DNA of 64,000 nt from an uncultured delta proteobacterium (GTDB lineage Bacteria; Myxococcota; Myxococcia; Myxococcales; Anaeromyxobacteraceae). The notes under the pieces were generated by a model. That model was given only the letters and a program-made list of their open reading frames with translations. It did no database searches and was not told the DNA's origin. The DNA is taken from the NCBI GenBank assembly GCA_963814585.1, contig CAWFDF010000011.1, positions 228,002-292,001 of the forward strand, read 5' to 3'. Both the position numbers and the translations under genes were made by a program. Positions 46,498-56,257 of this stretch are shown here, piece after piece (within the stretch, counting starts at the first letter, position 1; each line of letters starts with the position of its first letter).

Positions 46498-47628
46498 TCA
46501 GCGGGGCAGCGCGGCGCGCAGGCGGTCGAGCGCCAGATCGAGCACGGCGCGCGAGCAGCCGAAGTTGAGCCGCACGAAGCCGTCGTAGAGGCCGGGTGGC
46601 CCGAACTCGCGGCCGCCCGAGAGCCCCACGCCGGCGGCCTCGAAGTGCCGACGGGGGTGGGCCAGGCCGGTCCCCCGCGCGTCGATCCAGGCGAGGCAGG
46701 TGGCCTCGACCGGCGTGGTCCGGAGCGTGGGCTCGGCCGCCACGGCGGCCATGACCCGCTCGCGGTTGCCGCGCAGGTAGTCGAGGAGCGCACGGTGCCA
46801 GCCGGCGCCGTGGCGGAAGGCCGCCTCGCAGGCCACCAGGCCGAGCACGTTCACGTGGGGGACGATGCCGCGCATGGCCCGGCGGAAGGCCCGCCGAAGC
46901 GGCTCGCCGGGGATGACCGCGAAGGCGCAGCCGAGCCCGGGGAGGTTGAAGGTCTTGGACGGCGCCATGAGGGTGATGCTTCGCCGCGCCGCCTCGGGAG
47001 AGAGCGAGGCGTAGGGGCGGTGGCGATGGCCGGGGTCGAGCACCAGCCCGCAGTGGATCTCGTCGGAGCAGACCGTGAGCCCACGCCGCGCCGCCAGTTC
47101 GTCGACGGCGTGGAGCTCGGCCTCGTCCCAGGCGCGTCCCACCGGGTTGTGAGGGTGGCAGAGCATGAAGAGCCGGGTCTGGGGCGTGAGCGCCGCCTCC
47201 ACCGCCTCGAGGTCCCACTCCCAGCGCTCCGCCCCGCGCCGCAGCGGGGCCGTGGCGAGGTGCTCGGGGGCCGAGAGGAACGGCGGGTAGATGGGCGTGG
47301 CGGCGAAGGCGCTCCCGCCCACCGCGCGGCAGGCGACGTTGAGGCCGGTGACGAGCCCGGGGAGCCAGGTCAGCCAGGCTGGCTCGATGGACCAGGCGTA
47401 CTCGGACCGGAGGTGCTCGACGACCGCCTCCACGAGCGAGGGCCAGGGCTCGGCATAGCCGAACACGCCGTGCGCCACGCGGCGCCGCAGCGCCTCCTCG
47501 ATGGCCGGCGCGACGGCGAAGTCCATGTCGGCCACCCAGAGCGGCAGCACGTCACGGCCGGCGTAGCGGCTCCACTTGGCCGAGTCGGTGCCTCGCCGCT
47601 CCGGGGGGTGGTCGAAGTCGAAGGTCAC
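46498..47628 (-). CDS. MalY/PatB family PLP-dependent C-S lyase
   Basis: RRGTDSAKW, LWVADMDF, PHNPVGR, SDEIH, APSKTFN. Confidence 0.94.
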   Translation of the reverse strand: MTFDFDHPPERRGTDSAKWSRYAGRDVLPLWVADMDFAVAPAIEEALRRRVAHGVFGYAEPWPSLVEAVVEHLRSEYAWSIEPAWLTWLPGLVTGLNVACRAVGGSAFAATPIYPPFLSAPEHLATAPLRRGAERWEWDLEAVEAALTPQTRLFMLCHPHNPVGRAWDEAELHAVDELAARRGLTVCSDEIHCGLVLDPGHRHRPYASLSPEAARRSITLMAPSKTFNLPGLGCAFAVIPGEPLRRAFRRAMRGIVPHVNVLGLVACEAAFRHGAGWHRALLDYLRGNRERVMAAVAAEPTLRTTPVEATCLAWIDARGTGLAHPRRHFEAAGVGLSGGREFGPPGLYDGFVRLNFGCSRAVLDLALDRLRAALPR

Positions 47629-47865
47629 GTCAGGCCCGGGACACCGGCGCCAGCGCGCCGGCTGGCAGCGGGGGCAGGATGGCGAGGCGGTCCATGTCCG
47701 AAGCTCATAGCCCATGGGGTCCGCCGCCGCTCGGGATCAGGAGCGGCGCGATCACCTGCGGGTGGGTCCGAAGGCCTCGCGGCCCGGGCCAGCCGGCACG
47801 TCGCGGCCGCCAGGCCCATGTCAGATCCTGGCCGGCCTCCTGTCTGCGTGTTCAAGGAGGCTGTC

Positions 47866-48171
47866 ATGAAGACCACGACCTACACCTGGACGAAGAACCT
47901 CGCCGCGCTGCTGCTCTCGACCTGCCTGTCGGTGGCCCTGCTCGCGCCAACCGATGCGCGGGCCTTCTCCCGCGTCCCGACCGACTCGCCGGCCCGGACG
48001 TCGGGCCAGGCCGCCGGCTCCTCGGCCGCCACCGGCTTCACCCGCTTCGCCGCCTGGCCGTCGGATCGGACCGGGGGCTCGGCCGCCGGCGCCTCCTCCA
48101 CCTCCGGCCTGCCTCGCTACCGCTCCTGGTCGCCGCTGGCGTGGTGGCTGGCCTGGCTCGGCTTCCGGTAG
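47866..48171 (+). CDS. Small secreted Ser/Gly-rich hypothetical protein
   Basis: AAGGAGG RBS, signal peptide ending ARA, Trp-rich C-terminus. Confidence 0.6.
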   Translation: MKTTTYTWTKNLAALLLSTCLSVALLAPTDARAFSRVPTDSPARTSGQAAGSSAATGFTRFAAWPSDRTGGSAAGASSTSGLPRYRSWSPLAWWLAWLGFR

Positions 48172-48351
48172 CTGCACCGGCCTGGTCGGTGCGGGGGACG
48201 CCACCACGCCCCCCGCCCGATCACGGCGACGGCGAGCGGAGCCGACCCCTGGCAGGGGGCGATGAGGGCCCAGGTGGGCGCGCATCCCACCGGGACGCAT
48301 CCCGTGATCCCGTGACTGTCGGTCAATGGCGGGAATGCCTACCATGAGAGG

Positions 48352-48648
48352 ATGAAGTTCGAGGAGCTCCAGGCCCTGGCACGCGCGGTCCAGCCACTCT
48401 CGCTGGTCGCCGGGAGCCCTGACGGCCGCGAGCGGGTCGAGGCGTACAACGAGCTCGTCGCCTGCTTTCGCGATCTGGTCACCCGGGCGATGAATCGCCT
48501 GCTGCAACGCCAGGCCGTGGACCCCGACCTGGAGCTGGAGCTGCGGCTCCTGGCCAAGGCGCTGCCTGGCGCCCGATGCGGGGCCGAGTCGTCCGCCAGG
48601 CGTGCGGCGCCCGTGCCGGGAAAGATCGGCGTCGTCGATGAAGCCTAG
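48352..48648 (+). CDS. Hypothetical protein
   Basis: Helical 98-aa ORF with coding-like codon use. Confidence 0.45.
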   Translation: MKFEELQALARAVQPLSLVAGSPDGRERVEAYNELVACFRDLVTRAMNRLLQRQAVDPDLELELRLLAKALPGARCGAESSARRAAPVPGKIGVVDEA

Positions 48649-48931
48649 GAGACAGGCCGTCGCGCTCCAGGTCGCCGCGAGGCGACCCGAGGTCTTCATG
48701 GTCCTGGAGCACGCCCTGAGCATCGTGTGCGTGTCCGAAGGCCGCTGGACCGTGAGCGTGGATGGCGGGCCGGCCCTGGGGACCTTCGGCAGCCAGGGCG
48801 ACGCCTGGGAGGCCGGGGTGCGTGAGAATCGCCGTCCGGGACCAGCCGCGGCCGGTGCGGGCCGGCTGAGCTGGATCCGAGGCGACCCGGCGCTCGGCGG
48901 CCGCTTCACACGGCGAACCGGATGTTCATGA
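48638..48931 (+). CDS. Hypothetical protein
   Basis: GRWTVSVDG...FGSQGDAWEAGVRE; overlaps the stop of the previous ORF. Confidence 0.45.
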   Translation: MKPRRQAVALQVAARRPEVFMVLEHALSIVCVSEGRWTVSVDGGPALGTFGSQGDAWEAGVRENRRPGPAAAGAGRLSWIRGDPALGGRFTRRTGCS

Positions 48932-49946
48932 TGTCGCCGTCGTGGACCACGTACTCCTTGCCCTCGAGCCGGAGCTTCCCCTCCTGGCGCGCCTTCGCCT
49001 CGCTCCCGACGGCCATGAAGTCCTGGTAGTGCGTCACCTCGGCGCGGATGAACCCTCGCTCGAGGTCGGAGTGGATGCGCCCGGCGGCGCGCGGGGCCCG
49101 GTCGCCGCGTCGGATGGGCCAGGCCCGGACCTCGTCCTCTCCCACCGTGAAGAAGGAGACGAGGTCGAGCAGGTGGTAGGCGGCGCGGATGAAGCGCGCC
49201 CGGGCTGGCTCGGTGAGGCCGATCGAGGCGAGGAACTCGGGCTGGTCGGCCGGCGGGAGGTCGGCGATCTCGGCCTCGATGGTGGCGCACAGCGACAGCA
49301 CCTGGCAGCCGAGCTCGCTGGCGGCGGCGAGCACGCCGGAAGGAGCCGCGGCGGCGGCCTGGTCCTCGGCGACGTTCACGACGACCAGCAGCGGCCGGCG
49401 GGAGAGGAGGGCGAAGTGCGCCAGCTCCCGCTCCTCCGCGTCGCTCCACGTCATGGTGCGGAGCGGCCGGCCCGCGTCGAGGTGGGCGTGGAGCCGCTCG
49501 AGCTCGTGGTGCTCCGCCGAGCCCTGCTTGTGCTCCCGGGCCAGCCGCTCGAGCCGCTTCTCGACCAGGGAGAGATCGTGGAGGACGAGCTCCGCGTCGA
49601 AGTCGCGAAGCTCCCGCTCCGGGTCCCCCGGCGCGCCGTCGAACCCCGGAAAGCCACGCACCACCAGGCAGAAGGCGTCCACCTCGGCGAGCGCGCGCAG
49701 CGCCTCCTCGTCGAGGCCGGAGCCCTTCCTGGAGGGGCCGGGAACGTCCACGAACTGCATCTCGGCGTAGGTGGTCAGCTTGGGCTTGAAGATGGCGGAG
49801 AGAGCCTCGACGCGCGGGTCGGGGACCTTGATGGCACCCAGGTTCACCTGCGCCCGCCCGCCCGCGCCGTGCTTGTGCTGGCCGGTGAGCGCGTCGAAGA
49901 GGGTGGTCTTGCCCGACTGCGCGTAGCCCACGAGGCCGGCCTTCAT
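48906..49946 (-). CDS. ychF: Obg-family ATPase YchF
   Basis: FFTVGEDEVRAW, AGRIHSDLERGFIRAEV, RLEGKEYVVHDGDI. Confidence 0.93.
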   Translation of the reverse strand: MKAGLVGYAQSGKTTLFDALTGQHKHGAGGRAQVNLGAIKVPDPRVEALSAIFKPKLTTYAEMQFVDVPGPSRKGSGLDEEALRALAEVDAFCLVVRGFPGFDGAPGDPERELRDFDAELVLHDLSLVEKRLERLAREHKQGSAEHHELERLHAHLDAGRPLRTMTWSDAEERELAHFALLSRRPLLVVVNVAEDQAAAAAPSGVLAAASELGCQVLSLCATIEAEIADLPPADQPEFLASIGLTEPARARFIRAAYHLLDLVSFFTVGEDEVRAWPIRRGDRAPRAAGRIHSDLERGFIRAEVTHYQDFMAVGSEAKARQEGKLRLEGKEYVVHDGDIMNIRFAV

Positions 49947-50115
49947 GCGGGAGCCCTCCGCCCGCCCTCCACGCCCATCGGGCCGGCGCGTCGAACCTAG
50001 CATCATCGGACACCGGCCGCCCGGGTCCGTCAGGGGCGCCAGGCGCAGCCCTTCCTTCACCGCGGCCGCAGCTTCCCCGGTATCGTGCACCTGGCCGGAC
50101 GGCGACGGGAGAGCC

Positions 50116-51156
50116 ATGGAACGCACACCCCGCGGTGGCGGATGGGACCAGGCGCCGAGAGCGATCCGGCGCGGGCTCGCCGCCGTCCTGCTGGCGGGCC
50201 TCGTCGCCTGCGGGGGTGATTCACCCAAGGCGGACGGCAACCCGGCCGAGCGGTACCTCGACGACGTCCTCACCCTCGTCGAGCAGAACCTCCTCCACAG
50301 GAGCGGGATCGACTGGGTCGACTACCGCCGGCAGGTGCGCGCCGCAGCGGCCGGCGCCACGAGCGTGGCGGACCTCACGCCCGCGCTCCAGCTCGCGCTG
50401 GACCTGCTCGGGGACCGCCACAGCGGCATCTGCCGGGGCGACGGGAGCTGCCTGGCCCAGTCGGGCGTGCACGGCCTGGGCGGCTGGATCGGCTGGTCCG
50501 ATCCCGGCGTGCTGCCGCCCGGCATCGGCTACGTGCGGGTCGAAGGGAACTTCAGCTCGCCGCTATCGCGGAGGGAGCTGGCCGACCAGCTGCAGGCCGC
50601 CGTCCAGGCCCAGGATCGGGCGGGGCTGGTCGGCTGGGTCGTGGACCTGCGGGAGAACGGCGGCGGTGACATGTGGCCGATGCTGGCCGGCGTCGGACCC
50701 GTGCTCGGCGACGGGCCGGCCGGCTCGTTCGTCTTCCCGGAGGGGATGACCACACCGCGTGTCGCGCCGGGGGCCACCCAGACGTTCTCGTACTCCGGCG
50801 GGGCGGCGCTCGCCGATGGTCGGCCCCGGGTCAGCGTCACGACGCCCTACGCGCTCCGGGCGCCGGCCTCGCGCGTCGCCGTGCTGCAGGACGGCGGCAC
50901 GGGCTCGGCGGGCGAGGCGATCGCCATCGCCTTCATCGGGCGCCCCGGCGCCCGGAGCTTCGGCGCGGCGACCTACGGCCTGTCGAGCGCCAACGTGAGC
51001 TACTCGCTCCCGGACGGCGGCACCCTGATGCTGCTGGTCGGGCTGGGCCAGGACCGGAACGGGATCACCTACGGCGGGTCCATCACGCCGGACGAGCCGA
51101 CGGCCGGCCCCGCCGAGGCGGTCGCGGCGGCGGTCGCCTGGCTGGTCACCCCGTGA
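50116..51156 (+). CDS. S41 family peptidase lipoprotein
   Basis: Lipobox LVAC; VVDLRENGGG, TGSAGE, FGAATYG. Confidence 0.88.
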   Translation: MERTPRGGGWDQAPRAIRRGLAAVLLAGLVACGGDSPKADGNPAERYLDDVLTLVEQNLLHRSGIDWVDYRRQVRAAAAGATSVADLTPALQLALDLLGDRHSGICRGDGSCLAQSGVHGLGGWIGWSDPGVLPPGIGYVRVEGNFSSPLSRRELADQLQAAVQAQDRAGLVGWVVDLRENGGGDMWPMLAGVGPVLGDGPAGSFVFPEGMTTPRVAPGATQTFSYSGGAALADGRPRVSVTTPYALRAPASRVAVLQDGGTGSAGEAIAIAFIGRPGARSFGAATYGLSSANVSYSLPDGGTLMLLVGLGQDRNGITYGGSITPDEPTAGPAEAVAAAVAWLVTP

Positions 51157-51304
51157 GCACCTGACCGGTCCGGCCTGGCGGCCCGATGGTGGCCGGCTCC
51201 CCCTTCGGCGAGAGCTCGGCCTGCGGCCGGCCGCCCGTTGAGCCAGGCAACCGGACGAGCAGGAGCCCTCGCGACTCCGGAGGAGACGCGGAGGCCGCTC
51301 CTGG

Positions 51305-51346
51305 CGGGGCGACTGGACTTGAACCAGCGACCACGGGCACCCAGAC
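51305..51346 (-). repeat. tRNA-Pro 3'-half fragment (att-like) copy 1, diverged
   Basis: CGGGGCGACTGGACTTGAACCAGCGACCACGGGCACCCAGAC; reverse complement has T-arm GGTTCAAGTCC and the acceptor 3' strand. Confidence 0.8.
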
Positions 51347-51396
51347 GGCGTTCACTGATCGTGCAGAGGGGGCAAGGGCCGCCAGGCCTTGCGCCG

Positions 51397-51480
51397 AGGG
51401 CGACGGTCCACGAGTTCGTCGCCGAGGGGCGGCTGGCCCACGTGCGGATCGGGAACCCGATCCGGTTGCTGCCTGGTTCG
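51397..51480 (+). pseudogene. Excisionase-like HTH remnant 1 (N-terminus lost)
   Basis: RATVHEFVAEGRLAHVRIGNPIRL, close to the copy at 60796. Confidence 0.7.
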
Positions 51481-51678
51481 GTCACCCTGCGCCTCGAGTT
51501 CCGCGAGGAGGACCGCCGGCTCCACGATCCTGGGCCCCGCGTGGCCGTCGAGCGGAACTGGCCGAGGTGTCGGCGACGCCGACCGAGGCGTCACGGGCAC
51601 ATCGAAGCCGGCGGAGGGCGCGTCCAGGCCGATGTCACAGGGCGGGATGCGCTAGACTGAGCAGAGCAAGGGGGCGCC

Positions 51679-53172
51679 ATGAGCTCGAGATCGCGTCGCG
51701 GGTTCCTGCCGGTATTCGTTCTCGGGGTCGCGGTGCTGGCCTGCAGCGGTGGTGGATCCGGCGACTCGCCCTTCGCGATCACGGCGGTGCAACCGGGCGC
51801 CGGGACCACCCTCGGCGGAACGGCGGTCGTCGTGTCGGGCCGCGGCTTCGGCGCGGCCGCGACCGTGACGTTCGGTGGCGCGGCGGCGACGGACGTGGTC
51901 GTCGTGAGTGCGAGCGAGGTCCACTGCACGACCCCGCCGCACGCGAGCGGGTTCGTCGACGTCGTCGTCGCGAACTCGGCCACCGAGACCACGCTCAGCT
52001 CGGGCGCCTATCGGTTCGACGCCCCGCCGACGGCGGTCGCGGCGTGGGACCAGATCGTCACGCCCGGCGCCAGCGTCGCGCTCGACGGGAGCGCCAGCAC
52101 GGATCCAGACTCGTCTGGCGTGCTCACCTACGCGTGGTCGCTCGCCGCTCCCGCGGGGAGCGGAGCGACGCTCTCCGGCGGGACCACCGCCACGCCGTCG
52201 TTCGTCGCGGACGTCGCCGGGACCTACGTCGCGACGCTCGTCGTCGGCGACGGCACGAACGAGAGCGCGGCCTCCTCCGTCACCGTGAGGACGAGCGCGA
52301 CCGCGTCCCGGGTACCTGACACGGGGCTCGCGAAGTGCACGGGGGTGGGCGGTACCGCGCCCTGCCCGAGCGAGGGCGCGGCGTACTTCGGCCAGGACGC
52401 GAGCTACACCCTCCTCCCGCCGAGGCGGACGATCTCCACGGACACCGTCCAGGACGAGGTCACCGGGCTCACCTGGGAGCGGGCCGACGACGGCCAGTAC
52501 AACTGGTTCGAGGCCGCCGGTCGGTACGACGCGGTCTACAACGCCACCGGGACCGACGTCTGCGGGTCGCGCGTCCTCGGCGGGTTCTCCGATTGGCGGC
52601 TGCCGTCGGCGCACGAGCTCTACTCGATCCTCTCGTTCGGTCCTTCGGACGCCCCCCTCGACCAGAGCGCGTTCCCCGGGCTCGGCGGCGGACCGTACTG
52701 GACGTCGACGGAGCGCTGCACCGACCTGTACTGTCCCCCCGCTCAGATCTCATTCCCCATCACGACCTATGGGTACGGGCACCGCATGGACCCGATGTGG
52801 GTCGTGTGCGTGCGCGGCCCGGCGTGGGGCGTGAACACGTACGTTGACCAGGGGGACGGCACGGTGCGAGACGACGGGACGGGGCTCGTCTGGGAGCAAG
52901 CGCCTCCCGGCGTGGCGTCCAACTGGCGCAGCGCACTCGCCCGCTGCGAAGGGCTCGTGCTCGGCGGCCGGGACGACTGGCGCATGCCGAGCGCGAAGGA
53001 ACTTCAGACGATCGGGTTCCCGATGAACCTCGGACCGTTCCCCGGTACGCAGGCGGCGGACTACTGGACGTCGACGTCGATCGGCGGGTCCACGCTCGTC
53101 CTGGACTTCAGCGTGGACATGATGGACTCCGCGATCCCGGCGGCCTCGCTGTTCGTGCGTTGCGTGCGCTGA
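51679..53172 (+). CDS. Lipoprotein with IPT/TIG, PKD-like and two DUF1566-like domains
   Basis: Lipobox VLAC; GGTAVVVSGRGF; LDGSASTDPD; TVQDEVTGLTWE...DWRLPSAHEL and TVRDDGTGLVWE...DWRMPSAKEL. Confidence 0.85.
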   Translation: MSSRSRRGFLPVFVLGVAVLACSGGGSGDSPFAITAVQPGAGTTLGGTAVVVSGRGFGAAATVTFGGAAATDVVVVSASEVHCTTPPHASGFVDVVVANSATETTLSSGAYRFDAPPTAVAAWDQIVTPGASVALDGSASTDPDSSGVLTYAWSLAAPAGSGATLSGGTTATPSFVADVAGTYVATLVVGDGTNESAASSVTVRTSATASRVPDTGLAKCTGVGGTAPCPSEGAAYFGQDASYTLLPPRRTISTDTVQDEVTGLTWERADDGQYNWFEAAGRYDAVYNATGTDVCGSRVLGGFSDWRLPSAHELYSILSFGPSDAPLDQSAFPGLGGGPYWTSTERCTDLYCPPAQISFPITTYGYGHRMDPMWVVCVRGPAWGVNTYVDQGDGTVRDDGTGLVWEQAPPGVASNWRSALARCEGLVLGGRDDWRMPSAKELQTIGFPMNLGPFPGTQAADYWTSTSIGGSTLVLDFSVDMMDSAIPAASLFVRCVR

Positions 53173-53206
53173 CGGCCTCGCGAGTAGCGATAACAGGGGC
53201 TTTACG

Positions 53207-53250
53207 GTCGGAGCGACCGGGTCTGAACCAGCGACCATTTGCACCCCAAC
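53207..53250 (-). repeat. tRNA-Pro 3'-half fragment copy 2, diverged
   Basis: GTCGGAGCGACCGGGTCTGAACCAGCGACCATTTGCACCCCAAC. Confidence 0.8.
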
Positions 53251-53414
53251 TCCGCCAGCACGATCAGTCAAGCGATTCAGGATCTCGCAAGCCGCTGCAA
53301 TCCGGGCGGGTTCCGGGGGGAGCATCTTCCATGCCTTCGCCGGTTCCTGCACCGATTCGCCAATCGTCCAACGCACCGGTCATGCAGGCGGGCGGCGAAG
53401 TGGTCGGCGGTCCG

Positions 53415-53444
53415 CTGCTGACCGTCAGGGAGGTTGCGGAGCGC
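53415..53444 (+). pseudogene. Excisionase-like HTH remnant 2 (only LLTVREVAER left)
   Basis: Preceded by a leader homologous to 63256-63420; truncated at GGAGCG. Confidence 0.6.
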
Positions 53445-53696
53445 CGAGTGCAGGGGCAGGCCTGGGCCTTGGCCCGCGCCGCCTCACTGTCTGCCTCGTG
53501 GTGAACGCGGCGCCGAACCGCTTGCGCCCGCCCGCCGATAGCAGTATGGACGTACTGCCATCGAGGACGCGCAGCGCGCTCGCTGCACCTTCAGGCGCTG
53601 GGAGCAAAGAATGAACGCAGCACGGTTTCACACGACTGGCGGACCTGGCGTCCTCGTCCACGAGGACGACCCTGACCCGACCGGGAGGAAGGCGTC

Positions 53697-53912
53697 ATGA
53701 ACGGCAACGTGGCCCTCGTCACGGGCGCATCATCGGGCATCGGCGCAGCCATCGCAGGGCGGCTCGCCGAGGCTGGCTACACGGTCTTCGGCACCAGCAG
53801 GCGAGCGGTGTCCCCGGGACAACGATCGTTCGAGATGCTGACCCTCGACGGCGTCCGGCGGCGCGAAACGATGACCGCGACGAGCTGCGTGGACCTCGGG
53901 GCCGCGTCATGA
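53697..53912 (+). pseudogene. N-terminal fragment of an SDR oxidoreductase
   Basis: VALVTGASSGIG...VFGTSR, homology lost after about 50 aa. Confidence 0.75.
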
Positions 53913-54910
53913 AGGCATTCATCCTGGATCGCTACGGGAGCAAGGTCGCTCTCCGGGCCGGTGAGCTGCCAGACCCGGACGTCAGGGAGGACGAGATCCT
54001 CGTCCAGGTCCACGCAGCCGGGGTGAACCTCCTGGATTCGAAGATCCGGAGTGGCGAGTTCAAGCTGATCCTGCCCTACCGCGCACCGTTCGTCCTGGGT
54101 CACGACGTGGCCGGCGTCGTGGTCCGGGTCGGCGCACGCGTGAGGTACTTCAAGCCGGGTGACGAGGTCTACGCTCGACCGGCGGACCATCGCATCGGCA
54201 CCTTCGCCGAGCTCATCGCCGTCCAGGAGGAGGACGTGGCGCTGAAGCCGAAGATGCTCACGATGGAGGAGGCGGCCTCGCTTCCCCTGGTGGGCCTGAC
54301 GGCGTGGCAGGCGCTCGTCGAGAGAGGGCAGCTGAAGCGGGGCCACAAGGTCTTCATCCAGGCGGGCTCGGGCGGCGTGGGCACGTTCGCGATCCAGCTG
54401 GCAAGGCACCTGGGTGCCACGGTCGCGACCACGACCAGCACGTCGAACATCGAGCTGGTTCGCAGTCTCGGCGCGGACGTCATCGTGGACTACAAGAGGG
54501 AGGATTTCGAGAGCAAGCTGAGCGACTACGACCTGGTGTTGCACAGCCAGGACGGCAAGGCGCTCGTGAAGTCCTTGCGCGTGCTGCGAAAGGGCGGACG
54601 CCTCGTCTCGATCTCGGGTCCTCCTGATCCAGGCTTCGCCGACGAGATCGGCGCGCCATGGTTCGTGAAACTCGTCACCAGGCTGCTGAGCTTCGGCGCG
54701 AGGCGACGGGCAAGGAGCCTCGACACGGCATTCTCCTTTCTCTTCATGAAGGCGAGCGGCGACCAGCTGCGGAAGATCACGGCGCTCATCGATGCTGGAG
54801 CCGTCCGCCCGGTCGTCGACAAGGTCTTCCCGTTCCAGTCGACGAATGAGGCGCTGGCCTACGTGGAGACCGGACGAGCACGAGGCAAGGTCGTGATCAA
54901 GTTGAAGTAG
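53909..54910 (+). CDS. NADP-dependent oxidoreductase (MDR/quinone reductase-like)
   Basis: LGHDVAGVV, LPLVGLTAWQAL, AGSGGVG, GRARGKVVI. Confidence 0.93.
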   Translation: MKAFILDRYGSKVALRAGELPDPDVREDEILVQVHAAGVNLLDSKIRSGEFKLILPYRAPFVLGHDVAGVVVRVGARVRYFKPGDEVYARPADHRIGTFAELIAVQEEDVALKPKMLTMEEAASLPLVGLTAWQALVERGQLKRGHKVFIQAGSGGVGTFAIQLARHLGATVATTTSTSNIELVRSLGADVIVDYKREDFESKLSDYDLVLHSQDGKALVKSLRVLRKGGRLVSISGPPDPGFADEIGAPWFVKLVTRLLSFGARRRARSLDTAFSFLFMKASGDQLRKITALIDAGAVRPVVDKVFPFQSTNEALAYVETGRARGKVVIKLK

Positions 54911-54925
54911 GATGGATCTGCACCG

Positions 54926-55504
54926 ATGCGATACGCCCCGGAACACAACGAAGCGACCCGCGAACGGATCCTGGAGGCCGCAGCGCGCCTCTTTCGTGAG
55001 CACGGCATCGCCGCCGTTGGCCTCGCGAAGATCATGGCCGAGGCCGACCTGACCGTCGGCACGTTCTACACGCACTTCAGGTCGAAGGAGGCCCTGCTCC
55101 GGGAAGCCCTGCTCCGGTCGCTTCGCGATCGGCATGAGCAACTCGAGCAGTCGCTCCACGGCGCCGACGTGGAGCTGACGGTTCGCGCGTACCTGAGCCC
55201 GGATCACCGCGACGCTCCCGGGACGGGATGCCCCATCGCGGCCCTGGCGGCAGAGGTGGCGCGGCACCCCCGCGCGACGCGACACGCCTTCGCGTCCCAC
55301 AACGAGCCGACCCTCGACGCGCTCGCGGCCTGGCTGTCCTCACGGCGAGGCAGGGAGGTCGGCCGCGCGGACGCGGCGGCGCTCCTGGGGCTCCTCGCAG
55401 GGACGCTGCAGCTCGCACGCGCGACCCCCGACCGTGCTGAGTCCGACGCCATCCTCGAGGCCGGGATTCGCGCCGCGCTCCGGCTCGCGGGCGGAGACGC
55501 CTGA
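54926..55504 (+). CDS. TetR/AcrR family regulator
   Basis: RERILEAAARLFREHG...GTFYTHFRSKEAL; GCPIAAL. Confidence 0.93.
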   Translation: MRYAPEHNEATRERILEAAARLFREHGIAAVGLAKIMAEADLTVGTFYTHFRSKEALLREALLRSLRDRHEQLEQSLHGADVELTVRAYLSPDHRDAPGTGCPIAALAAEVARHPRATRHAFASHNEPTLDALAAWLSSRRGREVGRADAAALLGLLAGTLQLARATPDRAESDAILEAGIRAALRLAGGDA

Positions 55505-55507
55505 CCG

Positions 55508-55690
55508 GAGGCGGCCGAGCGGCTCGAGGTGTCCACCGCCTCCGTCTACGCCCTCTGCGAGTCAGGCATGCTGGCCTTCTTCCGGATTTCGACGCGCGCC
55601 ATCCGGATCGCTACAGGTGACCTCGAGACCTGCGTCCGGAGCGAGCGGACGGTCGGCGCAGCTACGGTGAGTGCCGCACCCAGTCGATGA
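55508..55690 (+). pseudogene. Excisionase-like HTH remnant 3 (no start codon)
   Basis: EAAERLEVSTASVYALCESGMLAFFRISTRAIRIATGDL, homologous to 63387..63587. Confidence 0.75.
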
Positions 55691-55799
55691 TGGCGGCCCG
55701 GAGCGCCGAGTGCAGGGTGAGGCCCTGTGCCTTGGCCCGCTTCTCCAGCAACTCCCAGACCAACTGCCGTCCGCATGCCCCGGCGAACTGAAGGTCAGC

Positions 55800-56243
55800 T
55801 CAGTTCCGCAAGACCACGGAAAGCGTCCTGGCCTCACCAGCGGCGAGCTGGAACTGCGACTCGCGCCACTTCGGCGCGGACAGGGCGTAGGTGCGGTTGT
55901 TGGACACGCCGTAGCCCTCCGAGGGCGCTCCCAGGAAGTCCCTGTTCAGCTTCCCGTCCCCGTTCTCGTCGTGGTGGACCGACACGGCATAGGTCCCCGG
56001 CGGTACGTTCGAGAAGACGCAGGAGGCTGCGCCGGAGCTGAGCGGCGTGGATTGGACCTGGAGCCCACCCGTCTCGGGGAAGCCCTGTTCGCTGGCGTAG
56101 AGGGCACACCGGAGGTTGCCGGCGCGGTTCTTGAGGTTGGAGACCTCGACGCGCACGGAGCCGTCGCCGTCGGCTCTCGCAGGCGCACCGGCTCCGAAGC
56201 CGAACAAGAGAGCCAGGGTCACCACGACGAGCGTTCGTGTCAT
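55800..56243 (-). CDS. DUF2141 family exported protein
   Basis: Signal peptide; PGTYAVSVHHDENGDGKL...PSEGYGVSNN. Confidence 0.88.
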   Translation of the reverse strand: MTRTLVVVTLALLFGFGAGAPARADGDGSVRVEVSNLKNRAGNLRCALYASEQGFPETGGLQVQSTPLSSGAASCVFSNVPPGTYAVSVHHDENGDGKLNRDFLGAPSEGYGVSNNRTYALSAPKWRESQFQLAAGEARTLSVVLRN

Positions 56244-56257
56244 GCAGGCCCGGGCCT

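Noticed and set aside
48280..48315. ATCCC/ATCCCGTGA short repeats upstream of the 48352 ORF
   Set aside because: Too short to distinguish from chance in this composition.
50116..51300. S41 peptidase as an additional, oldest cassette
   Set aside because: It lies outside the last tRNA fragment and I found no xis or further fragment towards ychF; possible but unsupported.
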